The notes beneath the pieces are model-generated. The model was not told the origin of the DNA and made no database searches. It was given only the letters and a program-made list of their open reading frames with translations. From the NCBI GenBank assembly GCA_964490765.1, contig CAZBDV010000004.1, positions 17,439 to 81,438 of the forward strand: 64,000 nt of DNA, given 5' to 3'. Numbering within the stretch: position 1 is the first letter of the stretch; each line of letters starts with the position of its first letter. Source of the DNA: an uncultured Candidatus Cloacimonadota bacterium (GTDB taxonomy: Bacteria > Cloacimonadota > Cloacimonadia > Cloacimonadales > JAJBBL01). This document shows positions 28,948 to 38,397 of this stretch, in pieces. The position numbers and the translations under genes were made by a program.

Positions 28948-29879
28948 TTGACAGGGTTATAGGGAACTCCGGTTGCTGTTCCCTGAATAATGTCATTCTC
29001 GTTCAGATAGCCAGACAACCTGTTCAGCCAGGATCGTTTCAGCCCTGGAAAGCTGTTGAGTGCTCTCCCATCGCGATTGACATTGGAGGTAAAGAGACGG
29101 CTGATCACCTTATCACTACGGGTATGCTGCAGGACGATGGCAAGGGTGGCGATATATTCTTCGATATCGGGAATGGAATCGAGAACTTCTCTGGAATATC
29201 CTGACAGCTCGGTATTTTTATAGACTACCAGGTTGTGGAACTTGATCTGCCTCACTATCTCCAGATTGTTAAGATAGTTCACTGTCCTGATCAGATGTTC
29301 TCTTGTTTCACCGGGAATGCCGATGATCAGATGAACACCGGTCTCGATATCGTATCTGGAACAGAGCTCAGCTGCGGCAGCGAAATCTTGCACTGTATGG
29401 CCTCTTTTTAGGAAATCGAGGCTCTCTTGATGGATAGACTGTAGTCCAATTTCCAAAAAAATGTCTCCTTTCAGCTCTTTGAGCATCTCCATAATATCTT
29501 TGTTCAAATAATCAGGTCTGGTTGATATTATCAAACCTTTGATTTCATTATGTTTTAACGTCTCAGAAAAGATATGTTTCAGATAGTCGAGCTCGCCGGC
29601 AGTCGAGGTTTCGTTATGGAAATAGGCCAGCAGAGCAACTCTGCCACACCCCTGCCGGATATCGGGGAGGAGTGTTTCGATCTGCTGCTTAACTTCGAGA
29701 TTCCCTGCCAGGCGCCTGTCGGTAAAGCTCTCGGGAGAACAGAAGATGCAACCGCCACTCTTCTTCCTGTGTGGGCAGTCACGGTTGATTGAGAGCCCTA
29801 TGCGGAAAGTTCGTACCCCGTAACGTCTCTTCAAATAACTGCCGTAGGTGTTGACCCGTTCTTCCAGTCGCTTGCGCAT
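28944..29879 (-). CDS. radical SAM protein, TIGR01212 (YtqA/YhcC) family
   Basis: RTFRIGLSINRDCPHRKKSGGCIFCS near the N-terminus and a TIM-barrel-like remainder, as in the TIGR01212 family. ATG 29879 overlaps the gpsA TGA by 1 nt. Confidence 0.75.
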   Translation of the reverse strand: MRKRLEERVNTYGSYLKRRYGVRTFRIGLSINRDCPHRKKSGGCIFCSPESFTDRRLAGNLEVKQQIETLLPDIRQGCGRVALLAYFHNETSTAGELDYLKHIFSETLKHNEIKGLIISTRPDYLNKDIMEMLKELKGDIFLEIGLQSIHQESLDFLKRGHTVQDFAAAAELCSRYDIETGVHLIIGIPGETREHLIRTVNYLNNLEIVRQIKFHNLVVYKNTELSGYSREVLDSIPDIEEYIATLAIVLQHTRSDKVISRLFTSNVNRDGRALNSFPGLKRSWLNRLSGYLNENDIIQGTATGVPYNPVN

Positions 29880-30892
29880 CAATCCTCTTCTTTCAACTCC
29901 CGGGTCATCAGGTCACGAATTGCCTCTTCAGGCGACTTGTCGTTAAAGAGTACCCGGTAGATCTGCTCGGTAATCGGCATTGTGACACCCTTCTTCTCTT
30001 TCAGATGATAGATCGAACGGGTTGTCTTGACCCCTTCGGCAACCATATGCATCGAAGCGAGAATGTCATTCAGCCTCTTGCCCCGGCCAAGCTGATAACC
30101 GACATACCTGTTCCGGCTATGCTGGCTGAAGGCGGTGGTGATCAGATCACCGATACCTGAAAGGCCATTGAACGTGTTCGGATCGGCACCCAGGGCATCA
30201 CCCAGTCTTCTGATCTCTGACAGGCCACGGGTTAAGAGAGCACCCTGAGTATTGTCACCAAGGCCAAGTCCACTTACAATACCGGAGGCAATGGCAATGA
30301 TATTCTTGACCGCTCCACCCAATTCAACACCGATAATATCTAAACTGCGATAAATTCTGAAATACTCGTTACTGATCAATTCCTGTGTATAAGTCAGGCT
30401 CTCATCATTACTTCCTGCCAGTACAACAGCAGACGGGATCTTTCTCGCTACCTCTTCTGCATGACTGGGACCGGATAGGGAGGAGACAAGACAGGTTAAC
30501 CGCTCCGATAGCTGAGAGCTGATCACCTCTGACATACGCATCAGTGTCTCTTCTTCTATTCCTTTGGCCAGGTTGACTATGCTCTTCAAATTTTTAACTT
30601 CACTTATACAGGGAACTACCAGTTTCATTACAGAACGCATGGTATGAGACGGCACAGCCATTATCAGGATATCTGGATCTACTTGAAAGGCTTCTTCCAT
30701 ATCAGAAGTGATAGCTATATTCTCATTGATCCTGATACCGGGCAGCAATCGGGAGTTAAAACCGGTCTTTCTGATCTCATCTACATATTCCTGATTATAT
30801 TCCCAGAGGGAGACATCTATACCGTTAGACCTCATAAGGGATGCAAAAGCGAGTCCCCAGCTTCCTCCTCCAACAATAACGCTGTTTGACAA
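29879..30892 (-). CDS. gpsA: NAD(P)H-dependent glycerol-3-phosphate dehydrogenase
   Basis: VIVGGGSWG Rossmann start, GAVKNIIAIASG, and GDLITTAFSQHSRNRYVG. TTG start. Confidence 0.9.
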   Translation of the reverse strand: MSNSVIVGGGSWGLAFASLMRSNGIDVSLWEYNQEYVDEIRKTGFNSRLLPGIRINENIAITSDMEEAFQVDPDILIMAVPSHTMRSVMKLVVPCISEVKNLKSIVNLAKGIEEETLMRMSEVISSQLSERLTCLVSSLSGPSHAEEVARKIPSAVVLAGSNDESLTYTQELISNEYFRIYRSLDIIGVELGGAVKNIIAIASGIVSGLGLGDNTQGALLTRGLSEIRRLGDALGADPNTFNGLSGIGDLITTAFSQHSRNRYVGYQLGRGKRLNDILASMHMVAEGVKTTRSIYHLKEKKGVTMPITEQIYRVLFNDKSPEEAIRDLMTRELKEED

Positions 30893-31069
30893 AATACCTC
30901 CAGTCTGTATTTTTTTTACGGGGAAGTACCCGTATGATGCAGGTGATAACAGGGGGTGGCACTGTTACTATTGTTCTTGCAGGACAATGTTCTTAAAATG
31001 CACCAGGGTTATCAGCTACCAGTCAATAAATTTTAAAGATAAACAGATTTAACTCTCAGTCTTCAGATT

Positions 31070-31957
31070 TTAGTTACGGGGAACTCTAATGGCCAGATTA
31101 TGACTCTCAGCTGCCGATACGGCAAGGAAATCATCTCCCTGCATCGTTCCTGCTTGTCCCTGACGGTTGTCTCCCCAGAGCGAGACAGTACCGTCTCGCT
31201 TCAGGGCAATACTGTGGAATCTCCCGGCAGCAATCTGTCGAAAACCGTTACCTGATGGGATATCGAGCTGCCCGTGTTCGTTATCGCCCCAGGCTATTAG
31301 TGTTCCATCTTTTCTTAGAGCCAGAGAGTGGTGTTCACCTGCTGCGATGGCGACGTAATTATTACCCTCAGGAACATCGCACTGCCCTACATTATTCAAT
31401 CCCCAGGCTACGAGAGAGCCGTCCTTCTTCAAAGCGAGGCTGTGATATCTCCCGGCAGTAATAGCCTTGAAATCATTGCCATCCGGGAGGTGTAATTGAT
31501 TGAAAAAATTGGCACCCCAGGCGGCGATGCTACCATCATATCTCAAAGCAAGACTATGTCCATCACCAACAGCAATAGCCTTAAAAACCCTCTCCTCAGG
31601 AACCTCAAGCTGGCCGTTACCAGCATCATTACTCCAGGCAACAAGTGTACTGTCAGCTTTCAGAGCGAGATGATTCTGCCAGCCAGCATCGATGGCCAAA
31701 AAATCGAAGCCGATCGGTACCTCTTCCGAATCGTCAGTTCCCCAGAGTGTAAGGCTGCCATCCTTTCGCAGGGCAAGATTATTTCTCATCCCCGCAGAGA
31801 CAACCAGGTAATCATCTCCCTCAGGAATATCCAGCATAGCCGGATCGTTACTTCCCCAGCTGAATATCTCTCCCGGCCTCTGACGATCACGAGAACAGGA
31901 GAGCGCTAGGAAAAATATACTAACAAGCAAAACAGTTTGATATATCTTTAACTTCAT
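31070..31957 (-). CDS. probable lipoprotein with ~7 short RCC1-like beta-propeller repeats
   Basis: Signal peptide ending LALSC. A ~38-aa unit repeats with HSLALRKDGSL-AWG-N--GQ--VP-G--F--IAAG. Confidence 0.75.
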   Translation of the reverse strand: MKLKIYQTVLLVSIFFLALSCSRDRQRPGEIFSWGSNDPAMLDIPEGDDYLVVSAGMRNNLALRKDGSLTLWGTDDSEEVPIGFDFLAIDAGWQNHLALKADSTLVAWSNDAGNGQLEVPEERVFKAIAVGDGHSLALRYDGSIAAWGANFFNQLHLPDGNDFKAITAGRYHSLALKKDGSLVAWGLNNVGQCDVPEGNNYVAIAAGEHHSLALRKDGTLIAWGDNEHGQLDIPSGNGFRQIAAGRFHSIALKRDGTVSLWGDNRQGQAGTMQGDDFLAVSAAESHNLAIRVPRN

Positions 31958-32279
31958 TATCGTCTAAAACTCCTCTATCAACATCTCTTCTTCGGGTATT
32001 TACACACCCTGTGTAGTTTATTATTATGTTACATCACTACAATCAGCAGAGCGGGTGTCAATGATATTTTTTGTTAAGAGACAGGGATAGTTGCTGGTAT
32101 GATAGTTAGAATACTTGCTCAGGTCAGGGATTCTTTCCTTAAAACATTGGGTAGGACTAGAGTCGGCCGGGTGCCGACTCCAATCCTGCGGTTAAGTTAC
32201 TAAAAGCTATACTCTTTTTTGACGGTAGCTGCAGCCCTGTCAGCAGGAATTATCACCTTTTAAGAATAAATCCAGTATA

Positions 32280-34316
32280 TTATTTCAAGAGCAGCATCTT
32301 ACGTTGCTCTAATGTGTCAGAGGTTCTCAATCTGTAGAAATATACTCCACTGGCAAGAGGGAAACCGTTACGGCATCTGCTGTCCCAGCGGACTGTATGC
32401 AGCCCTTCGGGCAGAAATTCATCATCGAGCAATCTTGTAACCAGTTGTCCTCTGACATTGAAGATTTCCAGTGTAACCTCTTCTGCTCCCGGCAGGTGGA
32501 ATACGATCTGCGTCTCCGGATTGAAGGGGTTGGGGAAGTTTCCGACCAGTAACGAATCTTGCGGCCGTTCGATAACGAAGATCTCGTCGACAGATGTCGG
32601 GCAGGCCAGGACAGAGTGAACGGGAGATTCCAGATAGAGTTCGTCGAAGACATTGAGGATCTTGATATCGTAGATATAATAGAGGTCGATATTTTCGATC
32701 ACATAATACTCCAGGGCAGGGTCTATTTCGATCTCTATCCATTCCGAAGCGGGCTGGTGGGATTTTTTATAATAAAGGTACTGCTCATCGGCCCCGGCAG
32801 AGCGGAACCAGTTGACTGTGATATCCTGCATATAATGGCTTGCCGAAGTAATGAAGGGAATGGCCGGGACATCATCATAGAGCGAGAGATCGTACCCCGA
32901 TTCATAGAAAGCCCGGGCAATCAGGCTCTTGTTCTTTAGATCGTCGAGATCGGTTCCCATAAAGATCACCCCGTGAAGTGAAATGCTCTCACCCGGCGGG
33001 ATGTTCAGCGATTGCGGGGTGGGATCGTTATAACCCTGCATATCGCCGTACATTGAGTAGAGAAACCTCGTATCATTCGGTATTGCTTCTTCGAAATGTG
33101 GTTCCATTCCAGGAGTCCACCCTTCGGGCCGCAGGGGGTGGAATTTATTCTCGTTGGGGTTTCTTCCTGTCATCAGCCAGTATTTCTCGTTCGAGGTTAT
33201 CAATCCGGCCAGCGGAGGTATTCTCCTTGGCCGGCGGTGATCCGGCCCGTCACCTCTGGTCCAGTTCCAGCACGAGAAGTTATAATTCTCGTCGGGAAAG
33301 AGTTTCAGTGCTGCCCAGTGGGGTGTGAGTCCACCATCTCCATCATAATCACGGGTATAGGCGAATTCATAACCCTCGCCGGCATAGTAGCCGCTGACAT
33401 CGTCCATCGAACGGGCATCAGGGTCCCAGCTCTGCGGGCCGGCATCGCAGTCCATAAACATCGCAACGGCGACATCAAAGAGGGTATCTGCCGGATTGGT
33501 ATTATGAATATCAAAGGAAAAGAATATCATCTCGTAGAGATCCTGATATGTCCAGGTAAAGCTCCGCTGCCTGACCGCCAGGTAGAGTGGGTGGTGCTCA
33601 AAAGCACCTGCCGAGATACCCTCTTTTCTCTCCCTGTGTCGTGGATCCCAGACAGTTGTAAAGGGGCTGTAATCGTAATAGAAGGAGGTCATCGTTTCCA
33701 GGCCGGGGAAGTCTCCGGTCTCACCCGAGGGGAGGAAGAACCCGTAAATACCTTCGGGATCAAGAGGAAATGTTTCGTCTGAGGGTGAGGGGTAACCGAG
33801 AATACTCCGCATCACCACATCTGAATAGTTGTATTCCTGATACTGCAAGCCGAGATAGTTGGCTTCAAAGGGGAAATAGGCGGGCAGTAACTGATAAAAT
33901 GAGTAATCGCCGTCAAAGCCGACCGAAGTGAGGGTATCGATAACTGCTATTGTATGTATGTCCGGATCGAATAGATCAGAACCTTCAGGGATAACGTCAT
34001 TCTCGTTAGCGGGTGGCCAGTTAAGCCAATATAGTCTTCTCCCTTGAATATCACGACGCTGCAGCCTGGCACCGATCCAGACGGCACCCTGATAGAGATA
34101 ATCTATACCGCTGCCGGCCGGATACTCCAGGGAGGGCCATTGAGGCCTGTAATTTCCGGAACCGAAAAAGCCGAAGTTACTTACCCGGAGAAGAACATTG
34201 CTGGAATCGTGGTATCGGGTTACATCGAGTTTTCTCTCCGGTATCTGTTCTAGACTGGCAGAGAAGAGAGAAACAGTAAGAAAGAGTGCGATCAGAACTG
34301 TGTATATCTGTTTCAT
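32280..34316 (-). CDS. secreted protein of unknown function with T9SS-type C-terminal sorting domain
   Basis: N-terminal signal peptide. The last ~88 aa (FPNPFNPETQIVFHL...GVYFYRL...KMLLLK) match the Por/T9SS type-A C-terminal domain pattern. No catalytic motif recognised. Confidence 0.7.
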   Translation of the reverse strand: MKQIYTVLIALFLTVSLFSASLEQIPERKLDVTRYHDSSNVLLRVSNFGFFGSGNYRPQWPSLEYPAGSGIDYLYQGAVWIGARLQRRDIQGRRLYWLNWPPANENDVIPEGSDLFDPDIHTIAVIDTLTSVGFDGDYSFYQLLPAYFPFEANYLGLQYQEYNYSDVVMRSILGYPSPSDETFPLDPEGIYGFFLPSGETGDFPGLETMTSFYYDYSPFTTVWDPRHRERKEGISAGAFEHHPLYLAVRQRSFTWTYQDLYEMIFFSFDIHNTNPADTLFDVAVAMFMDCDAGPQSWDPDARSMDDVSGYYAGEGYEFAYTRDYDGDGGLTPHWAALKLFPDENYNFSCWNWTRGDGPDHRRPRRIPPLAGLITSNEKYWLMTGRNPNENKFHPLRPEGWTPGMEPHFEEAIPNDTRFLYSMYGDMQGYNDPTPQSLNIPPGESISLHGVIFMGTDLDDLKNKSLIARAFYESGYDLSLYDDVPAIPFITSASHYMQDITVNWFRSAGADEQYLYYKKSHQPASEWIEIEIDPALEYYVIENIDLYYIYDIKILNVFDELYLESPVHSVLACPTSVDEIFVIERPQDSLLVGNFPNPFNPETQIVFHLPGAEEVTLEIFNVRGQLVTRLLDDEFLPEGLHTVRWDSRCRNGFPLASGVYFYRLRTSDTLEQRKMLLLK

Positions 34317-34327
34317 CGTTACCCTCC

Positions 34328-36553
34328 TTAATTAGCAAAAACATCAGCGATAATGATGTCCATCATATCTCTTACCTGATCGACTTCCATAAAGGAGAGA
34401 GGAAAGCCAAAAAGATAGGTTTTGTTTGATGCACTTTCCCGTCTCAAAGCGACAGGCTCGCCTGCAAACTCAATCCCTTCCGGAGTGGTTCGCATTGTAT
34501 AGATAGGTGTGACCTGGGGATCAGTTATCAGACCGAGGTCAAAATAGGCTACTGGCCCCATAGCTCCAAACTGCTGGATAAGCGGAAAGGCATTGTTTCC
34601 CGTATAGAGATCCAGGTCGGGTAACAGAAGTGTTGTATCAGGATGCCTGTCTGCTCCGATGAAGAAGTAGTTAGTAGAATAGTTGGATGATAATCTGCGA
34701 ATGGCATCAAATGCTATAGTAGGTATACCAAAATATCTTTCCAGCAAAAAGTTGTCGAATGGCTGACTATAGGCCTCCTGATGAATATTCTTCAGGTTCT
34801 GTCCGGCACTGAGGAGTATGTTTCCACCGCCACGCATATAGAGATTGAGAGTGTCAAAATCTTCGTGGAAGTTCGTAGCGTTGGCACCTACGTTTAAAGG
34901 ATCATCGCAATGCCAGATGATCAATCTAAATGATTCCAGATCGGTCGGTGCAATGACGTTCCTCCCTTGATGCAAATGGTTATCCCAGAGATTATCTTTT
35001 ATCCAGCGGCGATCCAGTCTCTCTTTGACACCTGTATAATTTTCCAGGATCTCCTCATAAAAGTTATCTATATAATCGTCCATAGCAGGGAAATCTTCAT
35101 TATCGACTACTATTATACCGCTCTTCTGCCCGGCCGGTACCCTTTGCTGCAGATGGAAATTCATTGTTTTGACTTCCGAAATGACCATCTGATTGTCGAT
35201 AACCCTGATCTGCAGGTTATTAGTGCCGGGATTCAGATACTCCGAAGTTACCGGTGGATTGGCAGGAACATAGTCATTTACAGGAATTCGTAACCACTGG
35301 CTTCCGTCGGCATCTGAATGTATAAAGCTGTCAGGATATTCGGGATGGTTATCGTAGAAGCTGTGGGGAAAGGGGTTGCCGTTCAGCCGCAGGTCGAAGG
35401 CTACTATCTCACTGTGATAGTGTATGCCGGTGTATCTGTCGTGCACTTCATTGATTAATCCGGATCCGGGATCATTGTTAACATATTGTCCCTTCCATCC
35501 CCAACTGAAGTAGATCTCCAGATCTTCAGAATAGAGTGCAGCAAGGTCACCTGCACTATCAATAAAGAAAGGCAGGGCGTATTGCCTCCCTCCCGGGGTA
35601 TTATTGTACGGTATCTCCTGCTCTATACCAGGATGCCTGAATGTGGTGAAATGGTTTTCTCCCAGCAGATTAGTGTTTCGGGTATAGATGAGAGCCTCCG
35701 GTTGAAAGCTGTCCAGCACCCGGAAATGCCTCGCTACCGGCCCGTTGTCGATTCCGGTATAGTTGCTGATCATATAAGCCTCTATCTGGGTTAGCTGACC
35801 GGGATTATTGACCAGCAACGGTGGGTCGGTATTTTGATTGAGGACTATCTCCCGGATGTCGTAACTCTCCAGGGTGTTGTACCAGTCGGTGGAACTGATT
35901 ACCTCTGCGGTATCTTCGCTGATAATATTGAGCCGGTAATTGAAACTATCAGCCTTGAGGCCCTGAAGGAAGATATCCTCCGCATCCTCTTCGAATCTTA
36001 TCTTTAAGCCCTGGCCGGTATTCCTGATCAGACTGGTCTCATCATCTATCTGGTCTGTTCTGCCCCAGGGCATGATGATCCTCGTGCCTATCTCATTCAG
36101 AGAAAAAGTTTTGCAGACCGGGTCGCTCTCTTCTCCTTCATAAAGGTATTTGACACAAACCTGGGTGATTATATGTTCAAGAACACCGTTCCGAGATGTA
36201 AATGACAAAGAAAAACTCCTCCGATCATCCCAGATGGTCTCTTCCGGGGGAAGGGCAAAATATAACCACCCATCTGGATCAAAAAGATAACCATCCAATT
36301 CATCATTACTCATCTCGAAACTGATTGCATAAAGGACATCCTGCTCATAAGGGCCCTGCCAGCTGATGGTCTGTGTGTAGTGAAACTCATCGCTTCCCGG
36401 TATGGAGATCATCTCACCCGTGAATGATGTGATGCGGAAAGTTTTAGCCTCGGGCTCGAAAGTGGACTCTCGTGAACAACCGGCAGCAAAAAGTAAGATG
36501 ACGGTAAGGATCGGAATACAAAATAGAATACAGCGATAGTTAAAGGTTTTCAT
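34328..36553 (-). CDS. hypothetical lipoprotein (741 aa)
   Basis: Signal peptide ending LFAAGC. Lies 11 nt upstream of the T9SS-tailed gene on the same strand. No recognised domain. Confidence 0.55.
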   Translation of the reverse strand: MKTFNYRCILFCIPILTVILLFAAGCSRESTFEPEAKTFRITSFTGEMISIPGSDEFHYTQTISWQGPYEQDVLYAISFEMSNDELDGYLFDPDGWLYFALPPEETIWDDRRSFSLSFTSRNGVLEHIITQVCVKYLYEGEESDPVCKTFSLNEIGTRIIMPWGRTDQIDDETSLIRNTGQGLKIRFEEDAEDIFLQGLKADSFNYRLNIISEDTAEVISSTDWYNTLESYDIREIVLNQNTDPPLLVNNPGQLTQIEAYMISNYTGIDNGPVARHFRVLDSFQPEALIYTRNTNLLGENHFTTFRHPGIEQEIPYNNTPGGRQYALPFFIDSAGDLAALYSEDLEIYFSWGWKGQYVNNDPGSGLINEVHDRYTGIHYHSEIVAFDLRLNGNPFPHSFYDNHPEYPDSFIHSDADGSQWLRIPVNDYVPANPPVTSEYLNPGTNNLQIRVIDNQMVISEVKTMNFHLQQRVPAGQKSGIIVVDNEDFPAMDDYIDNFYEEILENYTGVKERLDRRWIKDNLWDNHLHQGRNVIAPTDLESFRLIIWHCDDPLNVGANATNFHEDFDTLNLYMRGGGNILLSAGQNLKNIHQEAYSQPFDNFLLERYFGIPTIAFDAIRRLSSNYSTNYFFIGADRHPDTTLLLPDLDLYTGNNAFPLIQQFGAMGPVAYFDLGLITDPQVTPIYTMRTTPEGIEFAGEPVALRRESASNKTYLFGFPLSFMEVDQVRDMMDIIIADVFAN

Positions 36554-36826
36554 ACATCACCCCCCCCTCCTGTTAATGATCTGTATTTAATAATTATAAT
36601 GATACTGTCAAGATATTTTGGCAGTATTTACAAATAATTAACATCGAGAGGTATTCTGCTTTCTGTTACTATTCTGTTTAATGACAGGCCTGGTTGACAG
36701 CAGAGATGCTGCAAAAGGCTGATGAACACTTGTTAAGGATTATGCAGCTTAAGATAACGGCCGACAGCCAGGTTTTGTCTTTTCTCTTGACGGGTATGCA
36801 CGAATAATGATTAATACTTCTTCATT

Positions 36827-37384
36827 ATGGTCAGAGAGAGAAAAAGCCGGTTATTAATGCACGTCTGCTGTGCACCCTGTTTCATTGCCCCTTACAGGAC
36901 ACTGAAGGAGGAGGGAAGATACGAGATAACCGGTTTCTGGTTTAACGATAATATTCACCCCTATAAAGAATACAGGCGGCGGCTCGATACCTTTCTGGAG
37001 TGGAGTGAACGGGAAGGAGTTAACACAATATTAGAAGAGGCATATCGGCCGGAACCTTTTTTCCGCCGGGTAGTTAACCGGGAGGCGGAGCGATGTTTCT
37101 TCTGCTATTATTACCGGTTACAAAAGGTCGCGGTGATGGCCAGACAAGAAGGGTATGACGCCTTTTCCACCACTCTGCTTTACAGTATTTATCAGAAACA
37201 CGATCTGATCATAAGGATAGGGGAAGAGATGGCAGAGCGTATCGGTATTCCTTTCTATTATCGTGATTTTCGAGAACTCTGGCAAGAGGGGATAACCCTG
37301 TCAAAAGAGGAAAATATGTACCGTCAGCCTTATTGTGGCTGCCTATACAGCGAAAAAGAGAGATACTGCAAGAATAAACCCTGA
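36827..37384 (+). CDS. queH: epoxyqueuosine reductase QueH (DUF208)
   Basis: LLMHVCCAPC near the N-terminus and C-terminal YCGCLYS are the conserved Cys motifs of QueH. 185 aa. Confidence 0.85.
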   Translation: MVRERKSRLLMHVCCAPCFIAPYRTLKEEGRYEITGFWFNDNIHPYKEYRRRLDTFLEWSEREGVNTILEEAYRPEPFFRRVVNREAERCFFCYYYRLQKVAVMARQEGYDAFSTTLLYSIYQKHDLIIRIGEEMAERIGIPFYYRDFRELWQEGITLSKEENMYRQPYCGCLYSEKERYCKNKP

Positions 37385-37443
37385 GGATATATTTGTATCA
37401 GGCAGGATCAGTAATTTAAGCACACAGGTATAGAGGATCAGAG

Positions 37444-38397
37444 ATGAGTAAATACAAAGAGATCGATCTGCAGGGGCAGAAGAAATATTCACTGAAAGAG
37501 AGAGAGAGTAAGGTCAACGAGCGGCTTTTCTACAAAACCGGAGAGCAGGGAACAATATCAGGCCTGCTCAACAGCCTCCCCGATATCCTGCAGGCTAGTG
37601 AGTTCAAAGAACTGATTGATCGCACTTATCAAGCTGTGAAAGACGATAAACCGGTCATTACTGCTCTCGGTGGACATGTCATAAAGTGTGGGCTGTCACC
37701 ACTCCTGATCGAGATGATGGAACTGGGTGTTATAAAATGTCTGGCCGGGAATGGTTCTGTTGTCATTCACGATTTCGAGATTGCTCTTACCGGGCAGACA
37801 TCCGAAGACGTCCAGAAAGCACTGGAAGACGGCACATTCGGGATGGCCAGAGAGACTGGAGATCAGATAAACAGGGCGATAATTGAAGCTTCTTCTGAAC
37901 AGCTCGGTTATGGAGAAGGTATTGGCAGATATATCGAGGCAGCTAATCCACCCTATAGACAACTCTCACTCCTTGCTGCTGCCTACAGGAAAGAAATCCC
38001 CTTCACCCTGCACGTAGCTATGGGAACCGATATTGTTCACCAGCATGACAGTGCTGACGGTGCTGCGATAGGTGACTGTTCGCTTCGTGATTTCCGCATC
38101 TTTGCCGAGCAGTTGAAGGGTTTGAATGGGGGCGGTGTTTTTCTGAATTTCGGCTCTGCTGTCATTATGCCCGAAGTTTTCCTCAAAGCTGTTACCGTTG
38201 TCCGAAATCTCGGGTTCCCGTTAGAAGGTTTTTATACAGCTGTTTTCGATATGAATTCTCACTACCGGCCAAGGGTGAATATAGTTGAAAGGCCGACCGG
38301 TAATAGTGGGAAGGGTTACTATTTCGTCGGGCACCATGAGATATTGATCCCGCTCTTCTTCGGAGCACTTAAAGAAAGGCTGATGAAAGATGCGTAA
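37444..38397 (+). CDS. deoxyhypusine-synthase-like family protein (tentative)
   Basis: 317 aa. The segment order LGGHVIKCGLSPLLIEMMELGVIKCLAGNGSVVIHDFEIAL ... IPFTLHVAMGTDIVH ... GVFLNFGSAVIMPE parallels DHS (SSGLR...VDVLVTTAGGVEED...). The similarity is distant and judged by eye. Confidence 0.4.
   Translation: MSKYKEIDLQGQKKYSLKERESKVNERLFYKTGEQGTISGLLNSLPDILQASEFKELIDRTYQAVKDDKPVITALGGHVIKCGLSPLLIEMMELGVIKCLAGNGSVVIHDFEIALTGQTSEDVQKALEDGTFGMARETGDQINRAIIEASSEQLGYGEGIGRYIEAANPPYRQLSLLAAAYRKEIPFTLHVAMGTDIVHQHDSADGAAIGDCSLRDFRIFAEQLKGLNGGGVFLNFGSAVIMPEVFLKAVTVVRNLGFPLEGFYTAVFDMNSHYRPRVNIVERPTGNSGKGYYFVGHHEILIPLFFGALKERLMKDA

Noticed and set aside
30893-31069. Hairpin ACGGG gaagta CCCGT next to a T8 run upstream of gpsA, considered as a terminator for the RCC1-like gene.
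   Set aside because: For the minus-strand genes the run reads as A8 after the stem, so the orientation is wrong for an intrinsic terminator. It is more likely part of the gpsA 5' leader.
33096-33782. 228-aa plus-strand ORF, with several others between 32327 and 33782, overlapping the T9SS-tailed gene.
   Set aside because: They are antisense or alternate-frame ORFs in the locally GC-richer stretch. They have no RBS or recognisable motifs, and the minus-strand 678-aa frame carries a signal peptide and a sorting domain.
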